From Macrostomum lignano (taxonomy: Eukaryota), in assembly GCA_002269645.1 (NCBI GenBank), contig NIVC01001089.1, positions 372,001 through 436,000 of the forward strand: DNA of 64,000 nt, read 5' to 3'. Both the position numbers and the translations under genes were made by a program. Shown here piece after piece: positions 1-20,900 of the stretch (positions within the stretch are counted from its first letter, which is position 1; each line of letters begins with the position of its first letter). A model generated the notes under the pieces. That model was not told the DNA's origin and searched no databases. It saw nothing but the letters and a program-made list of their open reading frames with translations.

Positions 1-1350
1 TCCTATTTGGTCTTTGCCTCTCCTATTTGGTCTTTGACTCTCCTATTTGGTCTTTGCCTCTCCTATTTGGTCTTTGACTCTCCTATTTGGTCTTTGACTC
101 TCCTATTTGGTCTTTGACTCTCCTATTTGGTCTTTGACTCTCCTATTTGGTCTTTGACTCTCCTATTTGGTCTTTGACTCTCCTATTTGGTCTTTGACTC
201 TCCTATTTCTATTTGGTCTTTGACTCTCCTATTTCTATTTGGTCTTTGACTCTCCTATTTCTATTTGGTCTTTGACTCTCCTATTTGGTCTTTGACTCTC
301 CTATTTGGTCTTTGACTCTCTTATTTCTATTTGGTCTTTGACTCTCCTATTTCTATTTGGTCTTTGACTCTCCTATTTGGTCTTTGACTCTCCTATTTGG
401 TCTTTGACTCTCCTATTTCTATTTGGTCTTTGACTCTCCTATTTCTATTTGGTCTTTGACTCTCCTATTTGGTCTTTGACTCTCCTATTTGGTCTTTCTC
501 CTATTTGGTCTTTGACTCTCCTATTTGGTCTTTGACTCTCCTATTTGGTCTTTGACTCTCCTATTTGGTCTTTGACTCTCCTATTTGGTCTTTGACTCTC
601 CTATTTGGTCTTTGACTCTCCTATTTGGTCTTTGACTCTCCTATTTGGTCTTTGACTCTCCTATTTGGTCTTTGACTCTCCTATTTGGTCTTTGACTCTC
701 CTATTTGGTCTTTGACTCTCCTATTTGGTCTTTGACTCTCCTATTTGGTCTTTGACTCTCCTATTTGGTCTTTGCCTCTCCTATTTGGTCTTTGACTCTC
801 CTATTTGGTCTTTGACTCTCCTATTTGGTCTTTGACTCTCCTATTTGGTCTTTGACTCTCCTATTTGGTCTTTGACTCTCCTTTTTGGTCTTTGCCTCTC
901 CTATTTGGTCTTTGACTCTCCTATTTGGTCTTTGACTCTCCTATTTGGTCTTTGACTCTCCTATTTGGTCTTTGACTCTCCTATTTGGTCTTTGACTCTC
1001 CTATTTGGTCTTTGACTCTCCTATTTGGTCTTTGACTCTCCTATTTGGTCTTTGACTCTCCTATTTGGTCTTTGACTCTCCTATTTGGTCTTTGACTCTC
1101 CTATTTGGTCTTTGACTCTCCTATTTCTATTTGGTCTTTGACTCTCCTATTTCTATTTGGTCTTTGACTCTCCTATTTCTATTTGGTCTTTGACTCTCCT
1201 ATTTGGTCTTTGACTCTCCTATTTGGTCTTTGACTCTCCTATTTCTATTTGGTCTTTGACTCTCCTATTTCTATTTGGTCTTTGACTCTCCTATTTGGTC
1301 TTTGACTCTCCTATTTGGTCTTTGACTCTCCTATTTGGTCTTTCACTCTC
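1..1350. repeat. Minisatellite, 20-bp unit TCCTATTTGGTCTTTGACTC with 26-bp variants (extra CTATTT); probably inside an intron of receptor gene A
   Basis: Direct reading of the tandem units; the array runs off the left edge and ends about 115 nt before the splice acceptor at 1467. Confidence 0.97.
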
Positions 1351-1467
1351 TTTTTGTACTTTACTCTTTCATTGTGCTTTACCCTTCCCTTTCTTTGATT
1401 TTATACTTTTCTCCTATTCATAACTGCTCAAGGTTCTCCCTGCAACCCATTGCTATTTATCTTCTAG

Positions 1468-4258
<2,791 letters not shown>

Positions 4259-5230
4259 TCAAGTTCAAAAATGCTGCTAGCGAACTATGAATTGTAAAAC
4301 AATCAAACGAGTTTCAATCTCAGTGTAGAAGGATGATGTAAAATAGTTTCACAATCCCCCAAGTTAACATTTTACATCTTAGAGTTGTACATACTATTTT
4401 TTCTCACGTTTAGCTTCAAAATTGTTGACAAAAACGTTTGTAACTTTCTCTCCGATTCCTTAAGATCGTGTTTTTGTACATTGTTTTTTACACTCTTCGC
4501 GAATGCAATGCAATAAAAAATGCAAAATATGACATGGTGGAACTGTTCAAATTCGGTGGCTCAAGGGGAATTGTTGAAATACGAGTATCTGCAGGGCTAA
4601 TTTGGGAAATTGCTGAGATTCCAAGTGTTAATTGGGAGTAGTTGGTTGGCCAAGTATCTTGGCACCTTGCCAAAAGCTTTCAGGGCTTTTAACACCACTT
4701 TCCCTAAGAAACAATAGCGACTGTGCATGGTCAAAAGCTACATGTAGTTTCTTTAAAAGAAATTTATTGTTTTTTTTGCGTTTTTGGTTGTCTCCATAAT
4801 GTGAGCGACATCGATTGGAATTACACCAGATTACTTGGCTTCATATGATGGCGATGTGAACGAGACTGAATGAGTTTAAAATTGTTAAGCTTTTGCTATA
4901 ATGTACATCAAGTGGAAGCGTGCATGCCAGCGAAAAGTTTTTAGACAATAATGGTCTGATGAGAAAGAAATTTCGAGCAGAAATGAGAGAGAGCGTTTAT
5001 TTATCGTGGCTTTTCCGCGGAAATACCTTCTATACAAGTAACTAAAATCTAAACAGACTTGCTTGTTTTTCATCGCTATCAGATTAATATTGAGATTGAA
5101 TACTTTTATGCAGTGTTCGAGCTCTGTTACAACTCGGATATTCTACTAAACACTAAGTGGCTACCGCGAAAAAGCTTTTGAATATCCTGGCAGGAAGTTG
5201 CTAGTACTTATACTTCAATTGAAATCTAGA

Positions 5231-10563
<5,333 letters not shown>

Positions 10564-11269
10564 CCTTTCCCTGGCTCTGTAATTCTCAGCAACTCTGAAA
10601 TTTCTATAAACTCCGAAGCAACTTAGGGTCTCAGACTACTACAAAGGCCGGAGTCCCTGCATATGAGAACATGTGCACACACGAACTAAAAGCTTGGCCT
10701 TGGCGTAGAAATTTATATTTTTGTTAACATTTCACCTTGTACATGTGAATTTCTATTTTTTAGGACTCCCTTGCACACTTTACACATTTTGCGCTTACGA
10801 TTTACTTCGTATTACACAGACATGCAATACGCAGAATACTCACTTCTTGCTTATTAACAAGAAGTAAATATTTATTAATAATCTCATAATTTCATAATGT
10901 ATATTGTTGGATTTCACAATTTCGTTCATAGTTTCTTATTCAGTTCTTTCACTGCCACTCCTTTCTGGTTTTAATCCTAATCATATATTGCAAGGTAAAA
11001 TTTATGCTCCGGTGCTTTTTGGTTCATTTCATGTTACGAAATAGTTCTTTGTGTAAATAGAAATAAATGACTCAAAATATACGAGTACAAGAAATATAAA
11101 TCAGCATCTTTTTGTGTGTCGAAAAGAGAACTTCTAATGTAATATTGCATCAAATTGTAAATTACATGAATGGCTTGACTTTAGCCCGTTGCAATGATCA
11201 TCTTTGCTTATTGTGCATAGAAATACATAGGAATAACTGATTAATGCGTTCGACCAGGGGAGTTGCCAT

Positions 11270-11515
11270 GGATTTTATGGCACTCATTTTGGCACCACAG
11301 GCACTCATTTTGGCACCGCAGGCACTCATGTTGGCGCCACAGAAAGGCAATCATGTTGGCACCACAGACAGGCAATCATGTTGGCACCACAGACAGGCAA
11401 TCATGTTGGCACCACAGACAGGCAATCATGTTGGCACCACAGACAGGCAATCATGTTGGCACCACAGACAGGCAATCATGTTGGCACCACAGGTGGGCAC
11501 TCATTTTGGCGCCAC
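11270..11515. repeat. 25-bp minisatellite GGCAATCATGTTGGCACCACAGACA
   Basis: Tandem copies that degenerate at both ends. Confidence 0.9.
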
Positions 11516-11717
11516 AAGAACTCATTCTGATGCCAAAGAAGCCGCTATTTTTTGTCACCGTGGGGCAAAATTATTGATCTCCTTAAAACGTCAAAGCATT
11601 GACATGTCACTCATAGCTTTTACTGGGAGGACTTGTCCAACTGTCATCCCCGCGATGGCTATAGTATCACTATAGAAGTGTTTAAATTTACCTGTTATTT
11701 GCACTCTCATGCCTCAG

Positions 11718-11798
11718 TCAAACACAAGAATTGCCGGGCCAATTTCACATGTACAGCCAATAATCCGTTGGCTGTCCATCCATTCCAGAATGCTGCAG
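11718..11798 (+). pseudogene. Orphan phase 1-1 exon encoding an Ig-like C-terminal motif (KHKNCRANFTCTANNPLAVHPFQNAA)
   Basis: Acceptor cctcag at 11717 and donor gtaggt at 11799; NFTCTANNPL resembles the Ig F-G strand motif YxCxAxNxxG. No partner exons found. Confidence 0.4.
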
Positions 11799-12221
11799 GT
11801 AGGTTTAAAACTCCTTGCTGAAACAGCTGTAATAGGCTGTGAAGGGACTGCTTTTTAATGCTGTTTACATGTAAAACCACAACACTAACTCATTGTACAC
11901 ACAGGCACTTTTGGCATGATTTCGGGCGCGGAGGGGTGGGCAAACGAAAAATTCCATGACAATTTCATGGTCAAGTATTTATCGAACCTGTAACTAAACT
12001 AAACTAACAAGCGATTTAAAATTCTTGAGAGTTTTGTAGAGAACGAGCGACAGTATACACATTTTCTAACTAAATCTGAAGTATCCTTTATTTTGCGAGA
12101 CTTTGTATAGGATTACGAGCTTATAATAAAGCTTATAATAATATAGAAGGAAGCTTTCTTTACCTTTGCTAATTCAATCAGCAAGCAACTGCCAAAAGCT
12201 GTCATTCCCACAAGCGCTCAA

Positions 12222-15200
12222 ATGCTCTGCCTCTGGTTACTGTGGACCTGCAGCATCCTTCTTGGGTAAGCAAATCTTTAACAACATATTGTTGTCCTCT
12301 TTACAAGAAATACAAAAAGAATACTATATAAGGTCGCTAATACTTGGCTTTTATTGCTTTGGAATGAATTCGTCACGTTCGACCCGAGTAGTTACATTAT
12401 AACCTTTGTGGTCGAGGCATGACATTGAATTTTAGCCTAGTTTAAACAACATTTTCGAGTGTAAACTTTGAGCAATCCATTGTCTACGACATAATAACTC
12501 TTGGTACATGACTACAAAATATTTTTCTGGAAAAAACCAAACTGACTTTCAGAAAACAGGATGTAAGAAATTAAGATGCCAAATCGAATCGGTACACAGA
12601 GACACTGAATTTCAAGAAAGGCTATCATGCATGGCAGCTATTTGATTTTGACTTTGTTTTTAGATTTCTCTGGCTTGACAATACGCTCGTAGGACATAGC
12701 ACTGATTATGACAAAAAAGAAGTTTTCATATATTTATAAGATGTCTGAAGCATGCTATCATAAATTAACTTCAAACCTCACGCAGAGCCGAGGCGGGACA
12801 CTACTACTGCCGCGTCGGTGGAACAGTTGTTGAAATCAGCGACCGACATGGACGCGTTGATCACTTGGTACTTCCATGGAAAGAAAACGCGATCAGTTCA
12901 GCCAATATAAGTCACGAATGCAAATGGCAGTTCGAAGGCAATTTTAGTAGTGATCCGATCATGCTCCTGAGAGGATTTGACACATCCAAGGTGGACCTGA
13001 GTCGCAGAAGGGTCATCAGATCCGCTGAGTCTTCGATTTCGAGTTCGAGTTCGCCAGCTGCACGAATTGAGTACCGATTCATGCTCGATCCTTGTGAGTA
13101 ATCAGATTTTAATTTCCGACTATGGAATTATTAATTCGATCGATTTAATGAAAGTTTTATTGAACGAAAATAATCTTACTGAGTGGTGACTTTTTCAAAT
13201 TATCCAATAAATTACCTAAACATCAAACTGAGCTATAAGCAAATCTACTGAAACACAGCTCATAGTTTGATTTCACAAACAATAACTTATAATTCATTTC
13301 CTCTTTCAGTCGTTTCTAAAAGAACGTGTCCTGCTAGAGCCAATCGAGACTGGCGCTCTGTGGACCTGGACACGGTTCACGCTTTGCAGCTTTCAAAACG
13401 GTAGGTTGAACATTCTCTGAACTGTTGGTTTGGTTAGACTTCATTTTTATTCGAATAGCTGAACCTTATTTTTCTTTTCAGTGCTGACTTTCGGGTAAGA
13501 AACAGCTTTTCAACACATAATATCATGTAATATAACAAAACCGAATGCGTCCATTTTTAGAGCCAATGCCGGACTTTATTTTTGCTTGCCAAAGGTAGTG
13601 CGACTCGTGGACGTAAACGTCACAAATGCCGCTAACTACCACTCATTCGCCGACCATCTCGTTTTTCCGAGGCCCGATGGTGCGCCTTTGTCTTATGAGG
13701 GCCTCGACTGCCAATGGGAGTTTCTCTTCAACCTGAATAAAGACTATATAATTGTTCTTAGTGCATTCGTTCCCGACAAATCAGATTATCGAAAGCGAGT
13801 GATCAGATCGACAGGTTATTCGGAATTGCAGCAGAATTCGCTAATGCAGTACCGGATGCCTGGATGGCTGGCTACAAGTAAGCATAAATAAGCTCTTATT
13901 AAATCAGAAGTGCAAATTATTCGGAATGCGTACTATTAACTCTTTTGCAATACCACAGAGCTTACAGAGTTTATTGATTTTTTAGCATGCTCGCCACCGT
14001 CAAACGAAAGCTTAAAATGGGAAGCAGTGAATTTGAGAACACTGCAAGTTTTGCCAGTTCGAAGTGGGTACGTTCTATTCAAAGCATTTTATCCTCCTCC
14101 CTACTTCAATTCTATTGATACTGCTGCTCACGATGATCCGTTATTTTAGAAACAAATTGTCGGTTATATTTAAACAAAGTGCTAGAGGAAAAGTAAACTC
14201 ATCACCACCTGGTCTAGAAATTCAGCTGATGGAGCCGGGATTCTGCAGCAGAGACATAACGTATTGGAACGGAAACTGCTATAAAATCACTCAAGTTGCC
14301 AGGTCTCTAACCGAAGAGTTGTTCGAAATTGACCGAGCTAGCGGAATACTACAGTTGGCCAGTTTTAACAGTTCGATCGAGCTGCACAACTTTGTGGTTG
14401 AAAGTGAGTGATTTTAGAAATTGTCGTTCAATTTATTATCTTAACGGCTTAACCCGTAGAATAGCCTGCTTATCTGCTGAGCATTTACGCTCCTATTACA
14501 AGCATATCATGGTTATTTAACAGGGAGCATAAGATCACAATAATAGTTTAGACATATTTTGGGGTTAGGACCATTAGGGCGTGGAATCTTTTTGGTTATT
14601 CACAAAACCGGAAAGTTTTATGATTTCTCTTTGTCCCCCGCAAACAGAACTGCATGGCATGAGTTAAATATTCTTTAAAGAAGACTTGCGGGCTGAACAA
14701 ATTATAAAAAAAATCTTAGAATCAATCAACTCTGTGTTTCACAATGGGCTACAAATATGCAGCTCTCACTGTCGCTCTTGATATACTTTGGCTAGTTTCC
14801 CTTCTGTTCGAGACAGATTTATTATTCGCCTCCTACCGACCTAATAATTACATTCAATGCTTTTTTAGTTTTCTCTATTCTACGCTCGTACTTTTGCGAG
14901 TTAAAACTTATCAATTATAAAATTTATTGCTAGCCAGAAAGATTATTGACTTGATTTCAAGTAGGCACGGTTTCGCAAATACCCAAAAAGCTTTCACTTC
15001 TAAAAGATCCAGATTTATATTTCTATGGACGCCACTGGATTTTCTTGGAAATGGAGACTTAGAAACGAATATTTATCACAGCCAAAGATCAAATATACAT
15101 TTTTATAAGAATATAAGATCTATGATTGCAGCCCCCTCGTCCCGGTCAAATAAGTCACTGGTCATGAGTTGAAACATGTATTAGTCCGGCTAAGAAACGA

Positions 15201-16458
15201 TTTGTTTGACCATAACAACATAACAAGGATCAGGACCATAGAGTATAGAGCTAGCCTATATTCCGTATCTCTGCTTTTCTTTCCTTCTTACTTCCAGTAC
15301 AAAAACTTTAAGAAAACGGTGAGATCCTATTTGTTCATCTCATGCAACTCCTTGAGCACCATCAACCCATGTTGATCACCAGACGCCCACTGTCTCTTCT
15401 TCTAGGGGCGCCATTCCATGAACGTTTTGATCATCCAAGCAGCTTTTTTCTTAGTAGCTTCTGGCACATAACCATCGACAACAGCTATGAGCTCATTATT
15501 TGGCGCGAAATCGAATCCTAGGTCTTTTAGATGTCCCCGTAGTAATTCCATCCGTAAACATCAAATAAAAAATCGCTATATCAGCGTCCATACGAGCTAG
15601 TGGCAAAGCCGTCACTAATGTTTTCAGCTTTTATACCTCATGCACAAGCGCTTCAATTTCGAAAATTTCCGTACAAGTTTTTCGCATTAGGAGTGCCTAA
15701 TTACTACTATGCAGTGTACTTTTGACATGTTTTAGACCAAAAGAAACGCGTTGGAGCAGGCATGATGGCTCGAAGCAAACAGCCGCTTAAGCTGTCAGGA
15801 GTTCGAATCGGGATGTTTTACGAAAGCAAATCCAAATCTATACATTATCTAAGTATCGACAATGGCGAATACAAAATCAAGAAGTTCAGGAATCGTCATT
15901 CGCTGTAAGCTGTGGCACAATTTGCTGCGAAAGTTAACTAGTTACTTCAGTGTGTGTACAAAAGTTTAAATAAAATGATCAAATTTCAGTTTCTACAGAG
16001 TGCTGTCACCGAATCGCGCTGTGTCGTGTGGCTCGTTGAAAATTGCCGTTGAAAATTGTGGCTCGTATCAGCATAGCACTGGCGCTTTGTTAGAATTTAT
16101 CGAATTCGGAGACTGCGCAGAACCACTTCCCGCGCTGATTAGCTTCTCAGATGCTGAATTCAAAATTATCTGCAACAACTGCAGTTCAATTTTTCGCGAC
16201 TGGATGAAAGCGAAACAAATGACAATAAAAGAAAAATCCGGCACACGTACAAAGCCAAAATCAAGGGCCTCGGCTCGGTCGCCGATACCGAGACACGAAC
16301 CCGCGTCTACGGGTTCAGATTCATTCGTTTTTAAAGTGATTGTTCTCTCAGTGGTTCTCTTAGTGTTATCTGTGTTTTATTTGTTGCTGTTTCCGAGGAA
16401 ATTCAGAAGCATTCACGGCTTCCATGGTTGCTCTGTGGCTTATTTTCATTGTTGTTAG
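12222..16458 (+). CDS. CUB-like (N-half duplicated) + degenerate C-type-lectin-like + TM protein (gene 2), paralogue of gene 1; one apparent +1 frameshift
   Basis: Exons 12222-12265 (signal peptide MLCLWLLWTCSILL), 12786-13093 (AEA|GHYYC...ECKWQFEG...RRRVIRSAE), 13310-13400, 13561-13877 (ANAGLYFC...DCQWEF...RKRVIRST), 13959-14067, 14150-14403 (PGLEIQLMEPGFC), 15736-15904 (VRIGMF; extra base near 15760) and 15999-16458 (SCGSL...CAEPLPALISF...TM). Exon phases match gene 1. Confidence 0.75.
14940..15630 (-). mobile_element. Decayed Crypton/DUF3504-like tyrosine-recombinase remnant in an intron of gene 2
   Basis: Minus-strand translation gives ...YVPEATKKKAAWMIKTFMEW and FVLEVRRKEKQRY, resembling the VPxxTKKxTxWAxxxFxxW / FxxEVRxxDGxxY motifs of Crypton proteins; broken by stops and frameshifts. 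Confidence 0.45.
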
Positions 16459-17984
16459 TTTCTGTTTCGATGGAGTTTCTGAAACCGTTATTTCCACAAT
16501 TCTTATCTTACTGATTATGTGTTTAATTATAAGTAAGTAGTCAAAGTAAGTAAAAAACCTTTGAAGACGGACTTTGAGCTCCGATTTAGAGCGCCGTGAG
16601 GATTTAATTTAGTTGTGAAGCACGATACTCTTAGTACCAGTAACTTTCAATAAATGTTACATGTTCTAAACATACATGTATAACAAAAAATTTAGCTTGA
16701 TTTCAAGGCTGCGAAACTGACTGACGCGACGACACATAGGCTCCCCCATTGTATTGTACTTACTACTGCCAGTAGTATGACTTTTATTCTTAACTTTTCC
16801 CCCCTATCTTCGACTGGGGTAGTTACCAGCATACTGTGAATCACGTGACTGGCGCTTTTCTCATTTTTCACAGGCCATCAATGACATGAGATTTCGGCCT
16901 ATTGTTGGAATTTATACAAACGGAACGATATTTTGATAGCTAGGAACTTTACTTCCCTAAAGTATATTATGTTTCAATCCGAATCTTTTCCCGAACTATT
17001 CCATTTCACTCTCCTCTTCATCTCCAATCCAATGCATAATTTCATGTCGATTTTGACCTTAGCATTGCTAAAACTCATAAATCTTTAGTGCTGACTCAGG
17101 CATCAAAAGCGGCTTAATAATTTAAGAGTTTATCAGCTGTGACTTTGAACTGCAGTCACATTAACGATTAGAAGCTTGCATATAGGTAACTCTTCTGATT
17201 TCAACAGCCGTCTGATTTTAGTTTTTCATTGCACTCAAAACTCGGCATATACTACTAGCTGCTTCTATACTCGAGCTGTGTTGAAAATTATAAACACGTA
17301 GAAATTCGTGATAAATTATAATGTATATATAAATTGTATCGCGTCCTAATAACTTTTTTTAACAGTTTGCAACATGCTCTTTGTAATAAACTCCGAGCGG
17401 ATTGTTGCTATGCTAATGCTACAGAGCAACATAATATACTATTTTCAGCTTAAGAATTATTCGTAATGATGCTCGTAGTTGTTCGTAATTTTAATTTTGC
17501 GTGTTGTCTACATGTAGAACGACAGATAAAACTTGTAAGACTAGACTAGATTTAGACTAGATAGAATTTACTCTCATCTGTTTTAAGTAAAACTGAATAA
17601 AATGTGATAGATGGCTAGATACGGGTAGAAGTGCAAACACGGTTGAAAGTATTAAAATAAGGATATGCATGCATGTAGTTTGGTTTGCATTATTCTTACA
17701 AAGGCAGTGTCATATTTTAACTGCAAAGTGACAAAACACGCGTAAAGCACTCAGTAATGCTGTGCCAAAACTTTATGCAAGTTTGCAGTCGCCAGCAGCA
17801 ATACAACTTTGTCTAGAACAGATTTTATCACCACTTACAGCAGTGCAATGCATTGTACACTGTATTGCAGATTTAGAACTAATAAAGTCAGATAAATTTT
17901 TGTTTTAAAATAAATTTTCTTCCAAGCTATATTTTGAGTTTTAGTCACCTGATTTTTCACTAAGAAAATTCCTGAGACAGTCAA

Positions 17985-20900
17985 ATGAGGTCGCTTGTAT
18001 GGCATCTGATTCTTATCCTGCTGTTTGGTTCGAGGGTCAGTGGAAACTGCTCTGATAAGTTAAGGACAGGTAAGCAGGGTGCAATCATTTTAAACTGTGT
18101 CCTGGCTTTAGAATGAGATACTGTTGATTCCTACATTTCAGTGACAGTGCAGCTGAGCAGGGCTGACGTTCTGCGCACCTGGCAACCCAGCGGTGCGCAC
18201 TGCCGTTGGTGGGAGAGTCCGCAGTCAGAGACAAACCGATTCCCTGCTGCTGTGCGGTCCGGGCCTCGGTGGTTTGTGATGCAGCTGAGGCAGCCGATGA
18301 TGCTGGAGGCGGTGAGCGTGCGAGACTGGGGTGAGTGACGCTGACCGACTCATTCTCATGATGCATGATGAGGCAGAGGGAGTCTGGGACACAGAGTGTG
18401 AGACCAGCTAGCATCTAATTAGCACTCTGAGACAGTGTGAGACCAGCTAGCATCTAATTAGCACTCTGAGACAGTGTGAGACCAGCTAGAATCTAATTAG
18501 CACTCTGAGACAGTATGAGACCAGCTAGCAGCCAAGCACTCGTGTTGCAGATGGCCATTGGCACACAGCAGCTCCGGTCGGCTCGCCCGTGTCAGCGGTC
18601 GGAGCCTCGAGCCTCCCGCTGGAGCTGCAGCTGGAGGATCCGTGCCGTGCCAGCTGGGAGGCCTTCGGCAGCAGCGACCGCTGGAGGCCGTTCGGAGGCG
18701 ATGTCGATGCCCCACTACAGGCTCCCGTCTCTTTCATCCGACTGAGCAGCGAAATTTCGTTAAGTTGGCAGGCATTAAACATATCAGGTGAACATGTGAA
18801 TATTAGCTCCTCTATCACAAAGAAGCTATAGATTAAGTTATCGTTTTATAGCTGTCTCAAATGTAACTCTAAAACACTGCAACTCCCAAGGTCACCCATC
18901 GCCAATGGCACTAAACATGTCTCTGCACAGCGGCTACATGTACCGCAGCTATGGTTTAACCGTCAAGCAGCATTTTCATTTAAACATTGAATACTTTGTG
19001 AACTACTGCGGCACCGAGAAGATTGCGTGCTGGCTGCGAAAAAATGAGCAGACTAAATTGAGAGCAAATCATGTGAGTTCTATTTTTAATAGACGCTGGA
19101 CAGAGGCTCACGGATAAAACAAGGAATATATAATTCACAATCGTATCATTTCTAGCTGAGCTCGGTTCGGAACTCAAACGGCATGACGACGCACAAGTTT
19201 GAGCTGAAATTTCGCAAAGGCGATCACGGCAAACTGCTTCAATGCGGCTTGCAAGCGCAGCAGGAAATTGTTCTTCTGGAGGAACCGCTGTACTGGGAAG
19301 GTGAGTCCTGAAGCCAACTTGGAAGTAGAGTTGTTGGCCTGTCTGTTAAGTCTTCTATTCTTGCTCCGCAGTTCCTACACAAACACTAAGCATATTTGAA
19401 TCGACAGCTTTGGTTCTGGGATACCCGGCTGAAATCTGGGTCTCATCGAAATCGTTTCCGGAGGCCCAACATCACTGCTTCATCAGCACTTCGCAGAATC
19501 AACGGGTGTCTCTAAAGCTCGAAAAGACGGTGAATTTTCAGACTGTTATCTGTTGTCAAAATCACTTTTAGTATCATCTCCTGCGGTTGAGCAGTCCCAC
19601 CTGGTTAGAAACAGGTATTTTCTCCTTCGGTTGGGGTAGTCCCACCTGGTTGGACACAGGTATCATCTCCTGCGGTAGGGGGTAGTCCCACCTGGTTAGA
19701 CACAGGTATCATCTCCTGCGGTAGGGGGTAGTCCCACCTGGTTAGACACAGGTATCATCTCCTGCGGTAGGGGTAGTCCCACCTGGTTGGACACAGGTAT
19801 CATCTCCTGCGGTAGGGGTAGTCCCACCTGGTTGGACACAGGTATCATCTCCTGCGGTAGGGGTAGTCCCACCTGGTTGGACACAGGTATCATCTCCTGC
19901 GGTAGGGGTAGTCCCACCTGGTTGGACACAGGTATCATCTCCTGCGGTAGGGGTAGTCCCACCTGGTTGGACACAGGTATCATCTCCTGCGGTAGGGGTA
20001 GTCCCACTTGGTTAGACACAGGTATCATCTCCTGCGGTAGGGGTAGTCCCACCTGGTTGGACACAGGTATCATGGCGGGCACTTGCAGTAGGGATGTCCC
20101 AGATGGTTAAGACAGACATAGTCTTAAGCTAAGTTAAGAAAAGGACTCTCAATCAAGGTAAGGATAAGAATTGTTAGCTCAACATTTTTTTCAATCCTCC
20201 AGAGACTGTCGAAGGCTGTGGACGAAAAAAACCGAGCGGTCTTCCGGGTTCAATCAAAGTTTGCCTTTAATGTTACCCAGTCCGTACTTAACCGAGACGT
20301 TTTTTGCGAGTGCTCAGCAGTGTCCGGAGTGAGAAGTCTTGCGCCAGCACGGAACAAGATTTCAGAAATTAGTAGTGAGTCAGATCAAATCATTAATCAT
20401 GAGTGTTCATAGGGTGAAAGAATCAAATAAACCGATTTAACCAATTTCCAGAGCCCTGTCAGACTACCGTGGACCTTGGTTCGAAACGATACTGGCTGAC
20501 CGGCGAAACCAGGTTAATTACGGTGACCTCCACCCTCTGCAGCATTTGGAATGTTACTCACAGCTGTTACCTGGTGATAACGGACAAAATTTCTTCAAAT
20601 TTTGCACTTCAAAAAGTTCAGGTACGGTCCCCTATGTATAGTATAGCGACCTCTGAATCACATGTCAATTACCTCGAGAACATCGAGTTCAGTGCATCTA
20701 ATTAAATAATACTAATCCCCACAGCAAGACAAATTCAGTAGCGCACACGAGCTCCGTGTGACCGAATCAATGACGTCTCGAAACCGGTGGAAGATTCGAT
20801 GCCAAGTCAATCAGACTGGAGTGATTTATGAAGACTCCGATAGTAGCCAGGGAAACGCGGTGCCAAGTGTTTTTTGTGAGTCTGTCGTACTCGTACGGGG

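Noticed and set aside
13482-13494. 13-nt micro-exon in gene 2
   Set aside because: It has AG/GT ends, but inclusion would break the frame into exon 13561; left out pending cDNA
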